A model generated the notes under the pieces. It did no database searches. It saw only the letters and a list, made by a program, of their open reading frames with translations, and was not told where the DNA came from. Positions 43,575-58,229 of a stretch of 64,000 nt of DNA are shown here, piece after piece. Origin of the DNA: Octopus vulgaris (lineage: Eukaryota); assembly GCA_951406725.2 (NCBI GenBank), contig OX597821.1, forward strand, positions 10,850,001-10,914,000. Direction: 5' to 3'. Every line of letters begins with the position of its first letter. The first letter of the stretch is position 1. The position numbers and the translations under genes were made by a program.

Positions 43575-44020
43575 TTCTGCTCAATACTACAAATTTGCTT
43601 GTCAGTTTTTTTACCATAACCAGTTGAGCATGTCCCCATGTGCTGACGATATGTGCATCTCTGATCACGAGCGGAAGTAGTTGGGGAGCATCATAGCCAT
43701 GTGTTGAGGGGGATTCTTTGGAATTTTGATAAATCACCTCTGGAAATATGGGTGTTTCGTTCAACTTCCTTAAACAACCCTTATTCAAGGACCTTTCGAG
43801 TGGGATGGGTTACTCAACTAGAATAAAATTCTAACTGGGCCCCACCTGGAAGTTTACGTGCTGTTTATTTTCACAGGAGATCACCTTGTCGCGCACATAT
43901 GGTCGTGATACATGTGTCTAGTGTAACCTTATCAGACGGGTAGTTATGATGGGTATTCTGGACTTCGTATATTTTACCCCAGTGTCACTTTGATGGCATG
44001 CTCTGATCCCTCACTCAACA
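43572..44020 (+). mobile_element. Non-coding interspersed repeat (family T) between AAT/AAC tracts
   Basis: Homologous to 62495-62815; both end ccagtgtcacttt.atggcatgc.ctg.t...tcact followed by trinucleotide repeats. Confidence 0.7.
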
Positions 44021-44039
44021 ACAACAACTATTATTATTC

Positions 44040-44950
44040 CTTGAAGTGTAGGTAAAATGCACCGGATTCTTTAATCATCTGTCAAGTCACAATAAGTACC
44101 TCAAACCCATAATACTTTCCTTAAGATGTGCGCTGTACCCAATGATGCTGCTTTTTGCAAGACATCAATCTTGTATGGGATTTCCAGTTGCCTTAAGAAG
44201 TCTTGAAAGTTTAGTTGGATTGAGCCCAACGCTCCGATCACCACTGGTATCACTTTTAACATACCCTCTCGCATTCCATACAGTATTGCCATTTCTACTT
44301 TCAATTCAGAATACCTGGTGATTTTTTTCAAACTATTTACTCTCAACACTGATGCCATTTGGTATGGCTACATCAAAGATCTGACATTATTTGTCTCTCA
44401 TTCAATATGACAATACCGGTCGACAGTGTTCGATTACATGATCAATCTGAAAATCATACACCCATCCTCCTACATAGCTTTCCTTGATACATGCTCATGC
44501 CTGTTCTCTATTACTTCATATTAGTATTTACAGCATAAGAGCCAATGATGATACACACTCACTTTATTGCGGTGGCGCTTGTTTTCTTTTTGTGCAAGGC
44601 TCTCACATCCACATTCTTTCCTGAGAGACTGCCTTTCTGGGCTTCAGAGGTTTTATAGATGTTATAATTCACCGAATTGGTAGCGGGAGCCTGGTCTTGC
44701 GCAGCAATGATCAGGCTTTCTGTGGTATGCTTCAAATCACTTCGCTGAAGCCATGCTCACGATGCTGTATTATACTAACGTCCAGTGTATGCCTTTCAAA
44801 GTGTACATGCATACTCATTTCAAAAAAGTCTTCTTTTCTCCTCTCTTCAGCTCTTAGGTTACATTCTTCCTTAGTTAAACTTCCTTTGTTAAACTTCCTT
44901 TCGTTAAACTCTATTGCAAAATCACTTATGTCTTCCTTAACTGGACATGC
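44040..44950 (-). mobile_element. R4/Dong-like LINE 3' end
   Basis: AAQDQA, HCRPV, KITRYSELKVE, VIPVVIGALG, LQKAASLGTAHILRKVL*. Confidence 0.85.
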
Positions 44951-45261
44951 AGACGAAAGTCTCTCGGAGACTTTAAAACTTTAATATCTCCATTTTTGTG
45001 TGAGAATTTTATCTTTCTTTTCTCCCTTGACTACCCGAATATGTAAACATATCTTTCACTGCAACAAAATTAAATGCAAGATCAAAAAAAAGATTAAGGA
45101 GGTAAGCACCTGCCAATATAAACAAATTGCACAGTTACAAAAACTGTAAACCAGACGAAAACTAATAAAAAAAAATCAGAAATTCAAAAATTCAACGATG
45201 TGAACATCAGTATACATAGATACATAGATACATACATACATACATACATATATATATATGT

Positions 45262-45480
45262 ATTGTTCATTGTTTAAACCTCGCCAAGAAAAATATTTAA
45301 ACCACCTGATGAATGACTGCGACTCATTTGAAGACAGCAGGCAGGAAACGATCGTGGTGGGATATTAATTATATTTTTTAATAATTTTGTTACGTATTTA
45401 AATAATATAAATTAATCATATGTATTGGCTTAAGTCTTTCATTGTTTGATTTGCCTAATAGTGGTTTTGTCTCTAATTTA
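45262..45480 (+). mobile_element. Penelope-like pLTR fragment with a degenerate hammerhead (45302-45360), between TA-rich tracts
   Basis: ccac CTGATGA ...ctgc...gcag GAAAC gatc GTG gtgg; the triplet is GUG, which is non-cleavable. Confidence 0.6.
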
Positions 45481-45483
45481 ATA

Positions 45484-45537
<54 letters not shown>

Positions 45538-45790
45538 TTTTTTCTATCAGCGATTAAAAAGAGAATAAGGTGAATTGCTTCTTTTCAAGGTCAAGGTCAG
45601 TGCTCTCATTGATCGCTAGTAGAAGTTAACCCGTTATACCTATGCTGACTCAAAGGGTGTGAAGCTTCTTTTGTCTCCTTATCGCACAGGAATGTCCATT
45701 GTTGATTTTTATCTATTTACAGACCTGTAGATTTTTATCTATTCACGAAGCTGCTACTCTTCCTTCTACTATTCCCTTCAACATTCACAC

Positions 45791-45999
45791 ACTCTTTTAC
45801 TCTTCTACTTGTTTCAGTCATTTGACTGCGGCCATGCTGGAGCATCGCCTTTAGTCGAGCAAATCGACCCCGGGACTTATTCTTTTTGTAAGCCCAGTAC
45901 TTATTCTATCGGTCTCTTTTTGCCGAACCACTAAGTGACGGGGACGTAAACACACCAGCATCGGTTGTCAAGCAATGCTAGGGGGACAGACACACAAAC

Positions 46000-46071
<72 letters not shown>

Positions 46072-46212
46072 GATCCAAAATTACAGGAAAATCAGGCTTA
46101 AATAGAAAAAGCCACTATCTTCTTGATTTCAGTTTCAATAAGTCAGTCTACCAAATCCACTCATTGTTAAGTCTTTCCTTGTTTGTTTTGCAAAAATGTT
46201 TTGTCTCTAATA

Positions 46213-46261
<49 letters not shown>

Positions 46262-46379
46262 CATTGGTCGGCCCGGGGCTATAGCAGAAGACACTTGCCC
46301 AAGATGCCATGCAGTGGGACTGAACCCGGAACCATGTGGTTGGTTAGCAAGCTACTTACCACACAGCCACTCCTGCGTC
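45791..46379 (-). mobile_element. SINE S1, full length, with a scrambled centre
   Basis: Both ends nearly identical to the reverse complement of 58230-58660. Confidence 0.9.
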
Positions 46380-46706
46380 TTGATTATAGCAAGTACAAGG
46401 AAAAAGTTGAAACTAATCAACATTTAATAATACCTTTTAATAATAAATGGAAACAGTAATAAGAATAATAATAATGATAATGGTGGTGATAGTGTTAATA
46501 ATAATAATAACGATAATAACAATAATGATGATAACAATGTGTTACCTTCAAACGTAAGTAGACTGTACATGAAAAGAAATAATGATGTCAGAGAACTGAT
46601 TTGTATAGGCCTTGTATAAGGAGTGAAAGGAGACCGCTTGCCGAGTATTTGATAAATAGTGACGAAGACCTGCTGCAATATATCGGGACCCGTATTTAAT
46701 ATTATA

Positions 46707-46746
<40 letters not shown>

Positions 46747-46854
46747 GTTATTATTATTGTTGTTGTTGTTGTTGTTAGTATTGTTATTACTATTATTATT
46801 ATTTTACTATTATCATAAGTAAAAAAGATACAATTCCTACCAAAAAAAAACAAT

Positions 46855-47120
46855 CCCCTTTACCGTTAATACGAATAATATAGGTCGTGCCTATGATAAT
46901 TAGTGCACTAGGAACAGTTATCCAATATATTGACAAATGGCTGGTGGAGATTGAAATACAATGCCTGGTAGATGTTTTACAGAAAGTTTGATTTTAAGGA
47001 TAATAAGGATTATCAGCACTTGAATAACTGCTTAAAACTTTCGTATCCTAAATTTACAAGTCGTAACCTGCTCTTAACGCAATCTCTACCAGTAGTAAAA
47101 CCGAACCTTAGACATACCGA
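46855..47120 (+). mobile_element. R4/Dong-like LINE 3'-terminal fragment
   Basis: VVPMIISALGTV..DVLQK, next to a TAA/ATT tract. Confidence 0.6.
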
Positions 47121-47121
47121 A

Positions 47122-47212
<91 letters not shown>

Positions 47213-47214
<2 letters not shown>

Positions 47215-47532
47215 TAGTTTTATTTTTATAGCGTGCTTTTACTTCACTACCGAGCGCAGCTCTGTGTGCCTTGGGTATGTGCTGTGATATGTTGTGATGC
47301 TATGATGGCTATTGTATGGAAAGTGTTCTGTGTGGGATGTGTGCAGTGCCTAGTAGTGCAATATTTTGTATGTTATATGTGTTTGTAAATCCTGGTGTTT
47401 TTGTTATGTATTTGTCTGAATATTTTTTTTATCATGCCTAATGCACCTACTATGATAGGAATTGTTTCTCTTTTTGATTCCACATTCTGGTTACCTCTAT
47501 TTCCAGGTCTTTGTATTTTGAAAGTTTCTGTA
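47213..47532 (-). mobile_element. R4/Dong-like LINE 3' end flanked by (TAA)n on both sides
   Basis: KLSKYKDLEIEVTRMWN..TIPIIVGALGM; same subfamily and 3' UTR as 25150-25308 plus 26416-26590. Confidence 0.85.
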
Positions 47533-47601
<69 letters not shown>

Positions 47602-47689
47602 GTGTTGCAGCAAAAACAGAACGTTCACTTATATTGTGTGTATAGCAAATTAGTTCAAAATGTTAAAAAAAGGGTACCATGATAACAAA

Positions 47690-48170
47690 GTTAAGTATGA
47701 TCCTTGGAGATTGTGTTAATAGTACGTAGTTGAATGGAAATTGAAATGGCATGGGCATAAAGTAGATCGTGTCATTGAGAATAGTGAGTATAATATCATG
47801 TGTGACGCAGCAACTGATACACAGAGACCAGACATTGTTGAAATTGACAAAATGATGAAGGAAACCGAGATCGTCGACAATGTCAAAACCTGGGGATATA
47901 CGAGTGAGCGAAAAAGACTAGAATAGTCTGAAAGGTGGAAGGCCCTAAAAGATGATATTGCATGAATGTAGGCAATGAAGAAAGTAGCTGTCATCCTAAT
48001 AGTTGTAGGGGTAGAGGGAGCGGTAACAATTAAATTTCAGAAACTTGTTAAAGAAACTGTGAATCACCTTACGTTATAACATGGCCATAAAATTACTTTA
48101 TTTAGGACAGCTACGATTTTGATATTTGTAGTTGGATATTGAGGATTATATGATCCTTGACAACACGTTG
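47690..48170 (+). mobile_element. R4/Dong-like RLE domain fragment
   Basis: KWHGHKVDRVIEN, QRPDIVEIDK, KVAVILIVVG. Confidence 0.7.
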
Positions 48171-48249
48171 TTGTTTGCTCTCACAGAAATAGCCGGTCAA
48201 ATATAAAGGTGTCTTTTGATCATTAGAACTTTCTAACCAGCTGGGTACG

Positions 48250-49085
48250 TTCAGGATAACGGAAAATAAACACATGAATCAGATGAGAATAATTCGGAAT
48301 GGAGATTTTCTTAATGAGGCCCAGATTCAGACAAACTATTAAGAATCTGTGGGTGAATAACGTAGGTGAAGATCAGCGAATGGTGTTGTGGTGGAGGAGA
48401 GGCCGCTCAATTAATCCAATGTAGAAAACCCTGAAATAAGAGAGGATATGACTGAGGAACAGAGAAACCCCAGGAAAAGACTTGAGGATATGGGAATTAC
48501 AAGAACAGAGACCAAGCCGGGGATTCTAAGAAGTTTGCACCGTGAAAACTTGAAACGCGCGACCCAAACTTTGATAAGATTCTGAAACACATTCTGACAA
48601 TAGATCTAACAGAAACAAGAAACTTGATTAGATTCGCTTCAATTTTAGTTGTTTAACTGTTTGGGAAGAAGATCATACACAGAAGATAATACACATTCGG
48701 AAGTAGACGAAACCCGCCAATTACGGAATATCATCTGGTGCAAGATGTTTCGCACAACCACAGAGCTCAGCGGATTCATTCTGTGAGATCCGAAATCCAT
48801 CATCCGGAAGCTCCACGACGGGACCATATGCGCATAACAACGGGAGATTATTTGCACAGATATAAAAACTGCCAAACCGGGAAGCAGCAGGAGCAGACGG
48901 AATTCAAGGATACTGGTTCAAGTGGTTTAGGTCAATACACAAGGGAACTGGTTTGCGATTAGACAACTGCCTAGAGTGGATGGTAGAAGAAAGAACAACT
49001 TTGTTAAAGAACGATCGGTCAAAGGGTAGTGAGGTTGGCAGTCACCGACCCATTGCTTAACCTCATATGGACAGTCTTAACAGGT
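48250..49085 (+). mobile_element. R4/Dong-like LINE N-terminal/early RT fragment, decayed
   Basis: WMVEERTTLLKND.SKG....HRPIA. Confidence 0.55.
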
Positions 49086-51313
49086 ACCCTCGCAGTTGCT
49101 CGTGTCTATTATTGATCTGTCAGATAGTATTCCGTTATCATGGTTACATTGCCAGTTTCGTCTTTCATCGCGTTTAGATGGATTATCATAACTAAATGCA
49201 GTTAGAAACACAAAACGTGATACCTTGATTATCCAGACATTTCATATTGCCTTGGCAAAAACACATCATAAGGAATTAAAATATTTTCATGTTACATTTT
49301 TACACTGTTGCAGATAAAAGTATACCTTTTCTAAACTTTTCGTTTTACTTGTTTCTCCGAGCCACTTATTATCTTGTAGCAGTTTACGGACAGCATTTAT
49401 TATGTAGTCAGTTATAGTTGTCACCTAAAATGAAAGATAAATAAATAACATTTTAATGTAAATATAGAGTGATAATATTTCAAAAGATAATCAGCAAGAT
49501 TTTCATAATGTAAACCAGTATTCAAATTGTAATATTTATTTCAAAACAGATACGTTTTATTGTTGAAACTAAAATTATTTTTAAAGAAAACAACTCTAAA
49601 GCAACTCTAACTCCAATAATAGTCTTTAATATTATTTCGATTTAACTAAACATATGGTTGTGTGTTATGTGTAATAATTATTCCATTTAGAGTTAACGAA
49701 GTTTTTTTTGTATGATCATTGATTTTTTCCTCTCACACGACTGTCGCTTAGGATTTATAAAAGAGAGAAAGAGAGACATAATTCTATGACATTTATGACA
49801 TTTGTTATTGGCTCTGCAATACTAGTGAAGTATTTAATGTTCATGTCTTCGTCAGAAAATTATCTGGTGTCGAAATGGCAGAGGGGTTACAGCATGGGGG
49901 AGACTACCTTGCGCATTTCTCACGGTAATCTGAGTTTAAATCCCACTAAGGTTGTATTTTCCATTCAGCTTTGATACATGACCATTTAAGAACTACAGCC
50001 AATTCTTCTTTCCATCCACCCCTCTCTCTCTCGTTCTCTCTTTGGAACCAGCAGTATTAGGGCTCATAAAGCCCCATTTAATATGAGGATCTTGCAAACT
50101 TATAGAATAAGAGACATATTACTTGCTGCGGTTCTAGGAAAACCTACGAAAATAATACACCAGATGGTGACGACGACCATACAGAAGTAGAACAAGAGGT
50201 TGAAAAGTGAGACAACATGCTTGCGAAAATGAATGCAGTAAATGCGGTGATTTACAGAAAATTTATTTGCAACAAGGAATGAGTCTCAACTAAATCGAAT
50301 CACTAATATGTACTGCTGTTGTCAGAAAGACTGGTGTCTGATCTTATTGTTAAGGAGGCATAAGTGATATTAGTAATTTGATTGAGTTTCTTTCGTAAAT
50401 AAAGTTACAAGTATTTTAAGTAGCAGGTGCATTTTACGGATTATATTATTAGATTTTAAGATAATTAATGGGAAATGACTAATTAGCGCAAACATTTAGC
50501 TACAAGCTTAAAGAAACTCATAAAGAAATGTTAGTGGAAATCATTGAAATAATGAACACAAGTGGATTACATTTACTTGTTGAAATACGAATGTTAGTCG
50601 AAGTGCAGAAATTTAGAGATGGATACTAAGGAGATATCATTGACAGCAAAGCAACTAATTTTTTTTTTTTTAATTCTTGAAGAAAATAAATATCAGAACA
50701 AACCAGTTTCAAAAATAATGTATTTTATGTTTGATATTTCGTCAGTCATTAAATTAGATTTGAAGACAAGAAAAGACATCTTTTAATTTTTTCAGTTTGA
50801 TTATGAATATAACGATTAAAATTGTGGAAATGTAACATATGGCAAAACCAGAAAGTGAGCGAAACAACGAGAGCTTAACGACGATTAATTTCATAACATA
50901 ATTTTCATTGAAAATTGTTTGCCATTGATTCAGTATTCCATGTTGAACAGCGTTTACCTTCCGCGATGCATTCCGCGCCATTATATCCAAAATTAACTCA
51001 CATATTGACTATTTCTCAGATTAATAAGGGAGATATTCCAAGTCACTCAGATTGAGCAATCGGATAGCAGCAAAAAAAAAAACACACACACACACAGTGT
51101 TTTCACAATAGTTTGTCAGGCAAGAGTGTTGAGTGTTTGTATCTGAAGCCACAGGTTCCGATTGAAACCGACTTTCTGAGGAGCCACAATCTTCACCTGT
51201 GAAGCAAGACAATTGATTGTACAGCAACTCACCAGTGTGGCACAGACGTACGATGAGTTGAAACGATCGTAGGTGATTCGGGTAAAGAATCACATTAATT
51301 CCATTTTCTGTAT

Positions 51314-51359
<46 letters not shown>

Positions 51360-51516
51360 ACTCTCTCCCTCTATCTTTCTCTCTGTCCATATATATGTCT
51401 GCCTGTCTATCTCTATATTTATCAATATATATATATATGGTATATGAAAGACGGAAGATTGAATATAAAAGACTTTATTATTAATCACGACAATTGTTTC
51501 GACACATCTAGCATCG

Positions 51517-51571
<55 letters not shown>

Positions 51572-51716
51572 AGAGTAGGCACATAAATGTGAAACAAGGG
51601 GAGAAAACCAGTACTCGAATACTGGACGAACGGAAATGTGAAACTGAACAACAGGCTTTCTTTTTGTGATATTCTATCATGTTTATACTGCTTTAGTAAT
51701 AAAGTATACATACATT

Positions 51717-51748
<32 letters not shown>

Positions 51749-51749
51749 G

Positions 51750-51930
51750 TTCAAATTTACAGACGAGAAAATACGAAGACAAATGCAGGAACAACAAGCA
51801 TGTAGTTAGAAGTTTAACGCTCGGGAAGGATGGAAAAGTATTTCACGTTTTGAGCCTACGCTCTTCGTGAGAAAATATAAAAAGGGGGAGAAATCGGATA
51901 GAGAATAAAAGAGAAAACGGGGAGAGAAAA
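51750..51930 (-). mobile_element. Penelope-like pLTR (family B) with a mutated hammerhead at 51841-51874
   Basis: Minus strand ttt CTCACGA a gagc gtag gctc AAAAC GTG aaa. Confidence 0.6.
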
Positions 51931-53852
51931 CATATGCATGTATATATATGTACGTATGTATGTATGTATGTATGTATTTACATATAAAGAACATATGTTT
52001 CTTTGTATAACTATATTTTCATCTATGTGTGTCTGTGTGTGTATTTTTAATTTGCATTGAAATCTGTAGAAACTGAAATGTATTTAGAAATTTATTTTTG
52101 CCCTGATTCTCTCATATATGAATTATCTTTCCTTATTAACTATTACCTTAATTTTGAAATGATCAGTTATTATTATGTAGAATTATCAATTACATTGCGA
52201 TATTTGTGCCAAGTAGCAAACCAGTATAAACTTACTCAAATTGCTCGGAAAAGTAACACAAAAATCGTAAAATGTTTGATTGACGAAACACCAGACGGTG
52301 TGATACTTGCATGACAAGCAAGAAAGTAAAGCTGCTGCTGGATCACCACTATGATCCCTCCTCTATAAAGACTTTCGCAGGTTAATCTCAACAATGCAGG
52401 ATGAGAATGATTAAATGAAACAATAAATCATGTTCGTCACAGTTTCGATATTTGAGACATTCTCTAATGGATCAGGCTTTAATTGTTTTGAAGTGATGAG
52501 ATTACAAATATATTTCATTGCTCAATTCCATGCAGTAACAAAGTTCACACTATTGCAAGAATTGCGAAAGTTGTACTCAAAACGGGATTTGTCCCCGGTT
52601 TCAAGTAACATACGTTCCTGATTCTTATCATTCTGAGGAAATTTAAAGGATCTTTGATCTTCAGATATTTCATATCTTTTCTATCGAGATAACGGTGATA
52701 TTATAGTGAATGTATATATACACAGATTGATATATTATGTACGTGCACACATACATACATACACACATACATACAAAGAAACAAACAAACATATATACAT
52801 ACATACATACATAGATGTACACATTATACATAATTAGTTTTTGTATTTTGCATGCTAGATTCGTCTTGTGAATTCGTGTGTTGAAACAAATCCTGTGTCT
52901 TGGTCATTACGCCAATAATAACATAGGCATTGGTTCAGTACCATGTCTCTAATCTTAGTCAATTAGGGAAAAATCTGAATAGATTATTTTTTCCATGTAT
53001 TAGTTAAAGAATAAGTCGTTTGTAAGTCCTTCCGTCGTAATTATCGACCTGTTCAATGACTCGCACTCTTTCTTCAAGATCTAATCAGTGTTTATATTTT
53101 TATGCCTGTATTCATATATACCTGTATGTGTGTAAATAGATAGGCGTCTGCTTACAAAAGCTGATAAAAGTAAGTATATACAATCTTGCATGTGTGAGTG
53201 ATTGTGTATGCACACCCGCGTGACAACATTAAACATACGATTTGTGCATTGCTTAGATGTTTAAACAATAGGGAAACAATGCGTGTGTTATGACTATTGG
53301 CGGAATTAACCACCCAAGACAATCATTTATACAAATGCTCACACACACAGATGCGCGCATGTGTGTGCGTGTGTGTTGTTTAAAGTACAGCTTGATTGAC
53401 GTAAATTTGTGTGCGTTTGTATGTCGGTATGTGAGTGCATTGTGTGTGTGTGTGTGTGTGTGTCTGGAGGGTTTGTGAGTAAATACGTTATTCAATCTAT
53501 ACCAGAAACGACCACCCATTTATTGTGTGTGAAATACATCCATTTATGTCATAAATTGCAAGCTAAATTTGAATGAACAACTCAGAAGATTTTGAACTTC
53601 GTTTCCCGGGACTGTCGGCAACCTGAAATCTCTTAGAAAGAAAAGACAAAACTTTTAATTAAGGAATTATCACAATATGACACAGTTAAACATTTAAATA
53701 CAAAATTTTTCATAAAGGGATCATTGATCATGTTTATCAAATACAATGTTCAGTTTTAACGTACTCATACGTGAATTTGTGCTTTGATACAAGAATTGAC
53801 ATAACAAATGATAGATGAAAGAGATTGTACTAAAGTTGCTGTAAAATATTAC

Positions 53853-53987
53853 CTCTTTTACTGCAGCTCTCTGATTTTTCATAAAATACTTTTGTACGAA
53901 CATCCATCCTAAAGCATGTTTAAAGTCTTCTGTGAATATGTAATAACAGTCCTCTGCTCTCTCGTCGCTGCTCACCGCATATTTATT
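53853..53987 (-). CDS. Internal exon of an M13 (neprilysin/endothelin-converting enzyme-like) metallopeptidase, N-terminal domain
   Basis: ttctcattgccag acceptor, gag|gtaata donor, 135 bp, phase 0/0; NKYAVSSDERAEDCYYIFTEDFKHALGWMFVQKYFMKNQRAAVKE matches the M13 pattern R...C.........ALG.MFV..YF. Confidence 0.75.
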
Positions 53988-56419
53988 CTGGCAATGAGAA
54001 ATGTAAACATTTGCAAGTCAGAATTTTCTGTTACATGTATCAAAAATGTTTTATGAAATAAATATTTCTTAAACACACAAACACGCATTCATGCTCGCAT
54101 AGACATATATATAGACACTCATTCACACACGCAGCTTAGACAAAACACGCAGATATTAGTTAATACAATTAGAAATTAGTATTATTTAAAATATTTTAGT
54201 TGAATTTCCTCGGAGGGAGAAAAAGATGAGACTCAAGCTTAAACGTATTTAATTCAACTTTAACATATTTTTAATTATACTATTTAATTTTTAAAGTCTT
54301 GAATCGAAACAGCTGTCAGACATGATGTCCAATTTTGTAATTATTAAATAATTATTAATTTAATTATCTGATTTCTTATTTTCTTATGTACATAAAGAGA
54401 GAAAGAGACCGAGAGAGAGAACGAAAGAAGGAGAGAGACAGAGTGAGAAATAAATATATATATATAGAGAGAGAGATGGAGAGAGATAGATAGATAGAGA
54501 TATATCATTCATCTTGTGATTCATTTACTGCGGGAACAATTTGTAGGAAAAATATCACACCCCCATCTTTGTATCCATGGTCATTTCCTACAAAATAGAG
54601 GAAAAATTATAGGTTAGATGTATTTAATATTATTTTGCATTTTCGCTTTGTTGCTTTTCTGAGGAAGCTTTACTCGTAGTATGACTACTTTCATTAGTTT
54701 CCTGTGTCGTCTAGCTATCTCGCCTCTCTCCCCATTCTCTTTCTCATTCTCCTCACACACACACAGTCACAGATTATATATTAATATATATATATATATA
54801 TGAGAGTTTCCCTAGAAAGTCACCCTCTAAAGCATAAATCTGGCCAAGGTTTTTTTATGCAAGACCAGTAGTCGCACATGCACAGATTTCACTCGCGACG
54901 TCACAACTCATTTCTTCAGCTTGAGTGAACTGGAGGAACGTGAGATACAGTGCCTCGCTAAAGAATACAAGACAGAGCCCAGTCATGGAATCGGTATACC
55001 TCATGAGTGTAAACACGACGCTTCAACCAAACACTGAACTTTGCGCCTTCAATTTGTACACACACACACACACATATAATGATTGCAACAATGATACTAA
55101 ATGTCGAAGGACTAATAAGGCCAGTAACTCTGGTTTCATGGTTGCATAGTGCATAAGTGAGTGAGACTGAAAGGGATGCGAGTCGGTCAGAGGGTTAATC
55201 AATTAGAGCAATGTGAAGTGAAATGTTTTGCTCATAAACACATACCACTTTGACTGGGCTTGGATCGAAATCACAGTAATTCCCTGATGAGGACCACGTC
55301 CTAAAAATCAAAGAACGGTGCCTCGCCCAGTATGATAGAGCTGTAAATATTTCAATATAGAAATAAATCATCTATCACTTCTCTTTCTTCTCAACAAAAC
55401 TCAGACAAGGCAAGATTCTCCGTCCAAATGTTGGATGATAATGGAATAGGAGCATAAAGTTTGATTAAATAAAATGGTTGGAACAAATTTAAGGTTTTTA
55501 AAGGGTTAACAGAAGAGGAATAAGGTATTTCCTTTACGTTTTAGTAGTGGATTAAGTATAAAGAAATCTAAACAAATAGTCTAGCAGTTCATATATTATC
55601 AACGCTATACTATGTTGCAGCTTCAGTAACTAATTTCTATTAATTAAGTTTATGAACGTAACTCAAAATTCTTATATAACATGTATATGACATGGTCTAT
55701 CAATGTTATTTTTATTAGATATATGTTATCAAACCTGCGAGAAATAACAACCAAATATCGCTAAAACTAACTACACCATATCTACTTAAAGAAATGAAAT
55801 GCGGTCTTGTAGAATCAGTCCCAAATTATCTAATTCTTTTTGGAAGAAAGAAGGCCACCGAGAAACAAGTATTTGAACATCGGCTTGCTAATAAAACCTG
55901 GAGGAAAAATATTTTCTTAATTTCATCACATCACAAAATAACCTTGCAATCATATTTAATTCATTAAAATCTAGGGCCAAATTTTAAAGTGCATCAGTTA
56001 TCGTAAACTCCGTCATAATTATGTTTAAAATTTATTTCCACTTACAAATAGGAGGCAAAGCTAACAGGGCCCTCACTGATTAAAAGTTAAAAATATGTTC
56101 ATCATTTACGCTTTAAGTTAGATCTATTTGGTCCATCTACAAAAAGACGTGTGAAAAGAAAAATACATTATCTGAAAGATTTAAGAGAATCGCAAATTAT
56201 GTTATGCTTGCACACACAAAAATGAAGGAAAAACAACATAGATTTGTGAATAAAACAACGCAAATACATAGCAGTAATCATTTTATACGTTCCAGATAAA
56301 CCATGAAAATATGTTTTGCGGCTTTAGATTCTTAAATTAGATTTCAAAACGGTTTTCTCTTAAAGATATAACATAGATATATGTGAGTAGTGGTCTGTAT
56401 TTACACACGTGCATATGCC

Positions 56420-56458
<39 letters not shown>

Positions 56459-56584
56459 GCACACACACACACGCACACATATTTATTATATACTGTGTAC
56501 ATATATATGAATACATATATATATGCACACACACATATGCATACAAACATATATATATATATATATATACATACATACGTATAG

Positions 56585-57095
<511 letters not shown>

Positions 57096-57675
57096 TCCGA
57101 AATGCATAATGAATGTGGAAAGGAAAAACCGTACAGAAATTAATAATATAAAAGTTTCCTTCTAAAACCGTATATAACTGAAGCATGTTCTCTAAAATTT
57201 GATTATAAAGTTTTTCATGACGTTTACTAAACTACTTTCATGGAAATTGTCGTGATTTTTTTTCTAATTTTCGTTTATTTCTTTGTTTATTTATTCATTT
57301 ACGATTTGTCTGTAAGGATCGATAGTGAAAATCAGGCTGATACAGACTGAATATAGCTCAATTAGAGATTTAATAGGAAACCAATTAGCTCAAAATTTCA
57401 TCTCATCTCATCTATTGCATGACTAGTTCTGTTGGTTGCCGCAAATTTATTGATTGTCTACACTCATATGCAACAGGTTTCTAGTTGTTATAGAACTTTT
57501 ATATTTATATAAAATTTACTTTTGGTTTAGAATCTACGAATTCATTTTAAGATTCGGGTTTGCAAGTGTAAAAGTAAATATTTGTTGAGATATATGAGGC
57601 TTATGATCAGATATATTTTGAGATATATGAGGCAAATAATCAGTAATATTATTTACAATATTTCTGGAAGCATTA

Positions 57676-58196
57676 AGGCGGCGAGCTGGCTGAAACCTTA
57701 GCACGCCGGGCGAAATGCGACTTTGCCTTTCCTCCGTTCGGGGTCGATTAGATAAGTACCAATATAATCAACTTAATCCGTTTGTCTGTCCTTTTTTGTC
57801 CTCTCTGTATTTAGCCGCTTGTGGGTAGTAAAGAAATAGGTATTTCGTCTCTCTTTATATTCTGAGTTCAAATTCCGCCGAGATCGACTTTGCTCTTCAT
57901 CCTTTTGGGATCGAGAAATTAAGTACCAGTTGCGTCTGATCGACTGGACCACTCCCCTAAAATTTTGGGCCTTGTACCCCTGGAAGCAATAAGGTGGTGG
58001 GTTGGCAGAAACATTAGCACGCCGGGCGAAACGCTTAGCGGTGTCTCGTCCATCTTTACGTTCTGAGTTATTCCGCAGAGGTCGACTTTGCCTTTCATCC
58101 TATCAGAGTCAATTTATTAAGTATCAGTTGCGTACTGGAGACGATCGAATCGACTGGACTCCTCCCTCAAAATTTCGAGCCTTGTGCTTAGAATAG
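57676..58196 (+). mobile_element. Two adjacent SINE S2 copies
   Basis: Heads at 57676 and 57991, each preceded by tggaagca(t/a)taagg. Confidence 0.8.
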
Positions 58197-58229
58197 AAAA
58201 AAGTATTTTTGGAAGTATTCTCATATATA

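Noticed and set aside
50954-51000. Possible next M13 exon (LDIMARNASRK|gta)
   Set aside because: In-frame stop just upstream, no good acceptor, and the WMD motif is absent
51193-51276. GAAAC gatc GTA preceded by an aactca/tgagtt stem
   Set aside because: No CUGANGA-like core at the required position; at best a decayed hammerhead
52614-52680. Possible small minus-strand exon ending aac|gtatgt
   Set aside because: Two open frames, neither clearly M13-like; ambiguous acceptor
55284-55310. CTGATGA ggac cac gtcc hairpin
   Set aside because: Followed by TAAA rather than GAAA, no stem I, and it lies in a decayed SINE-like segment
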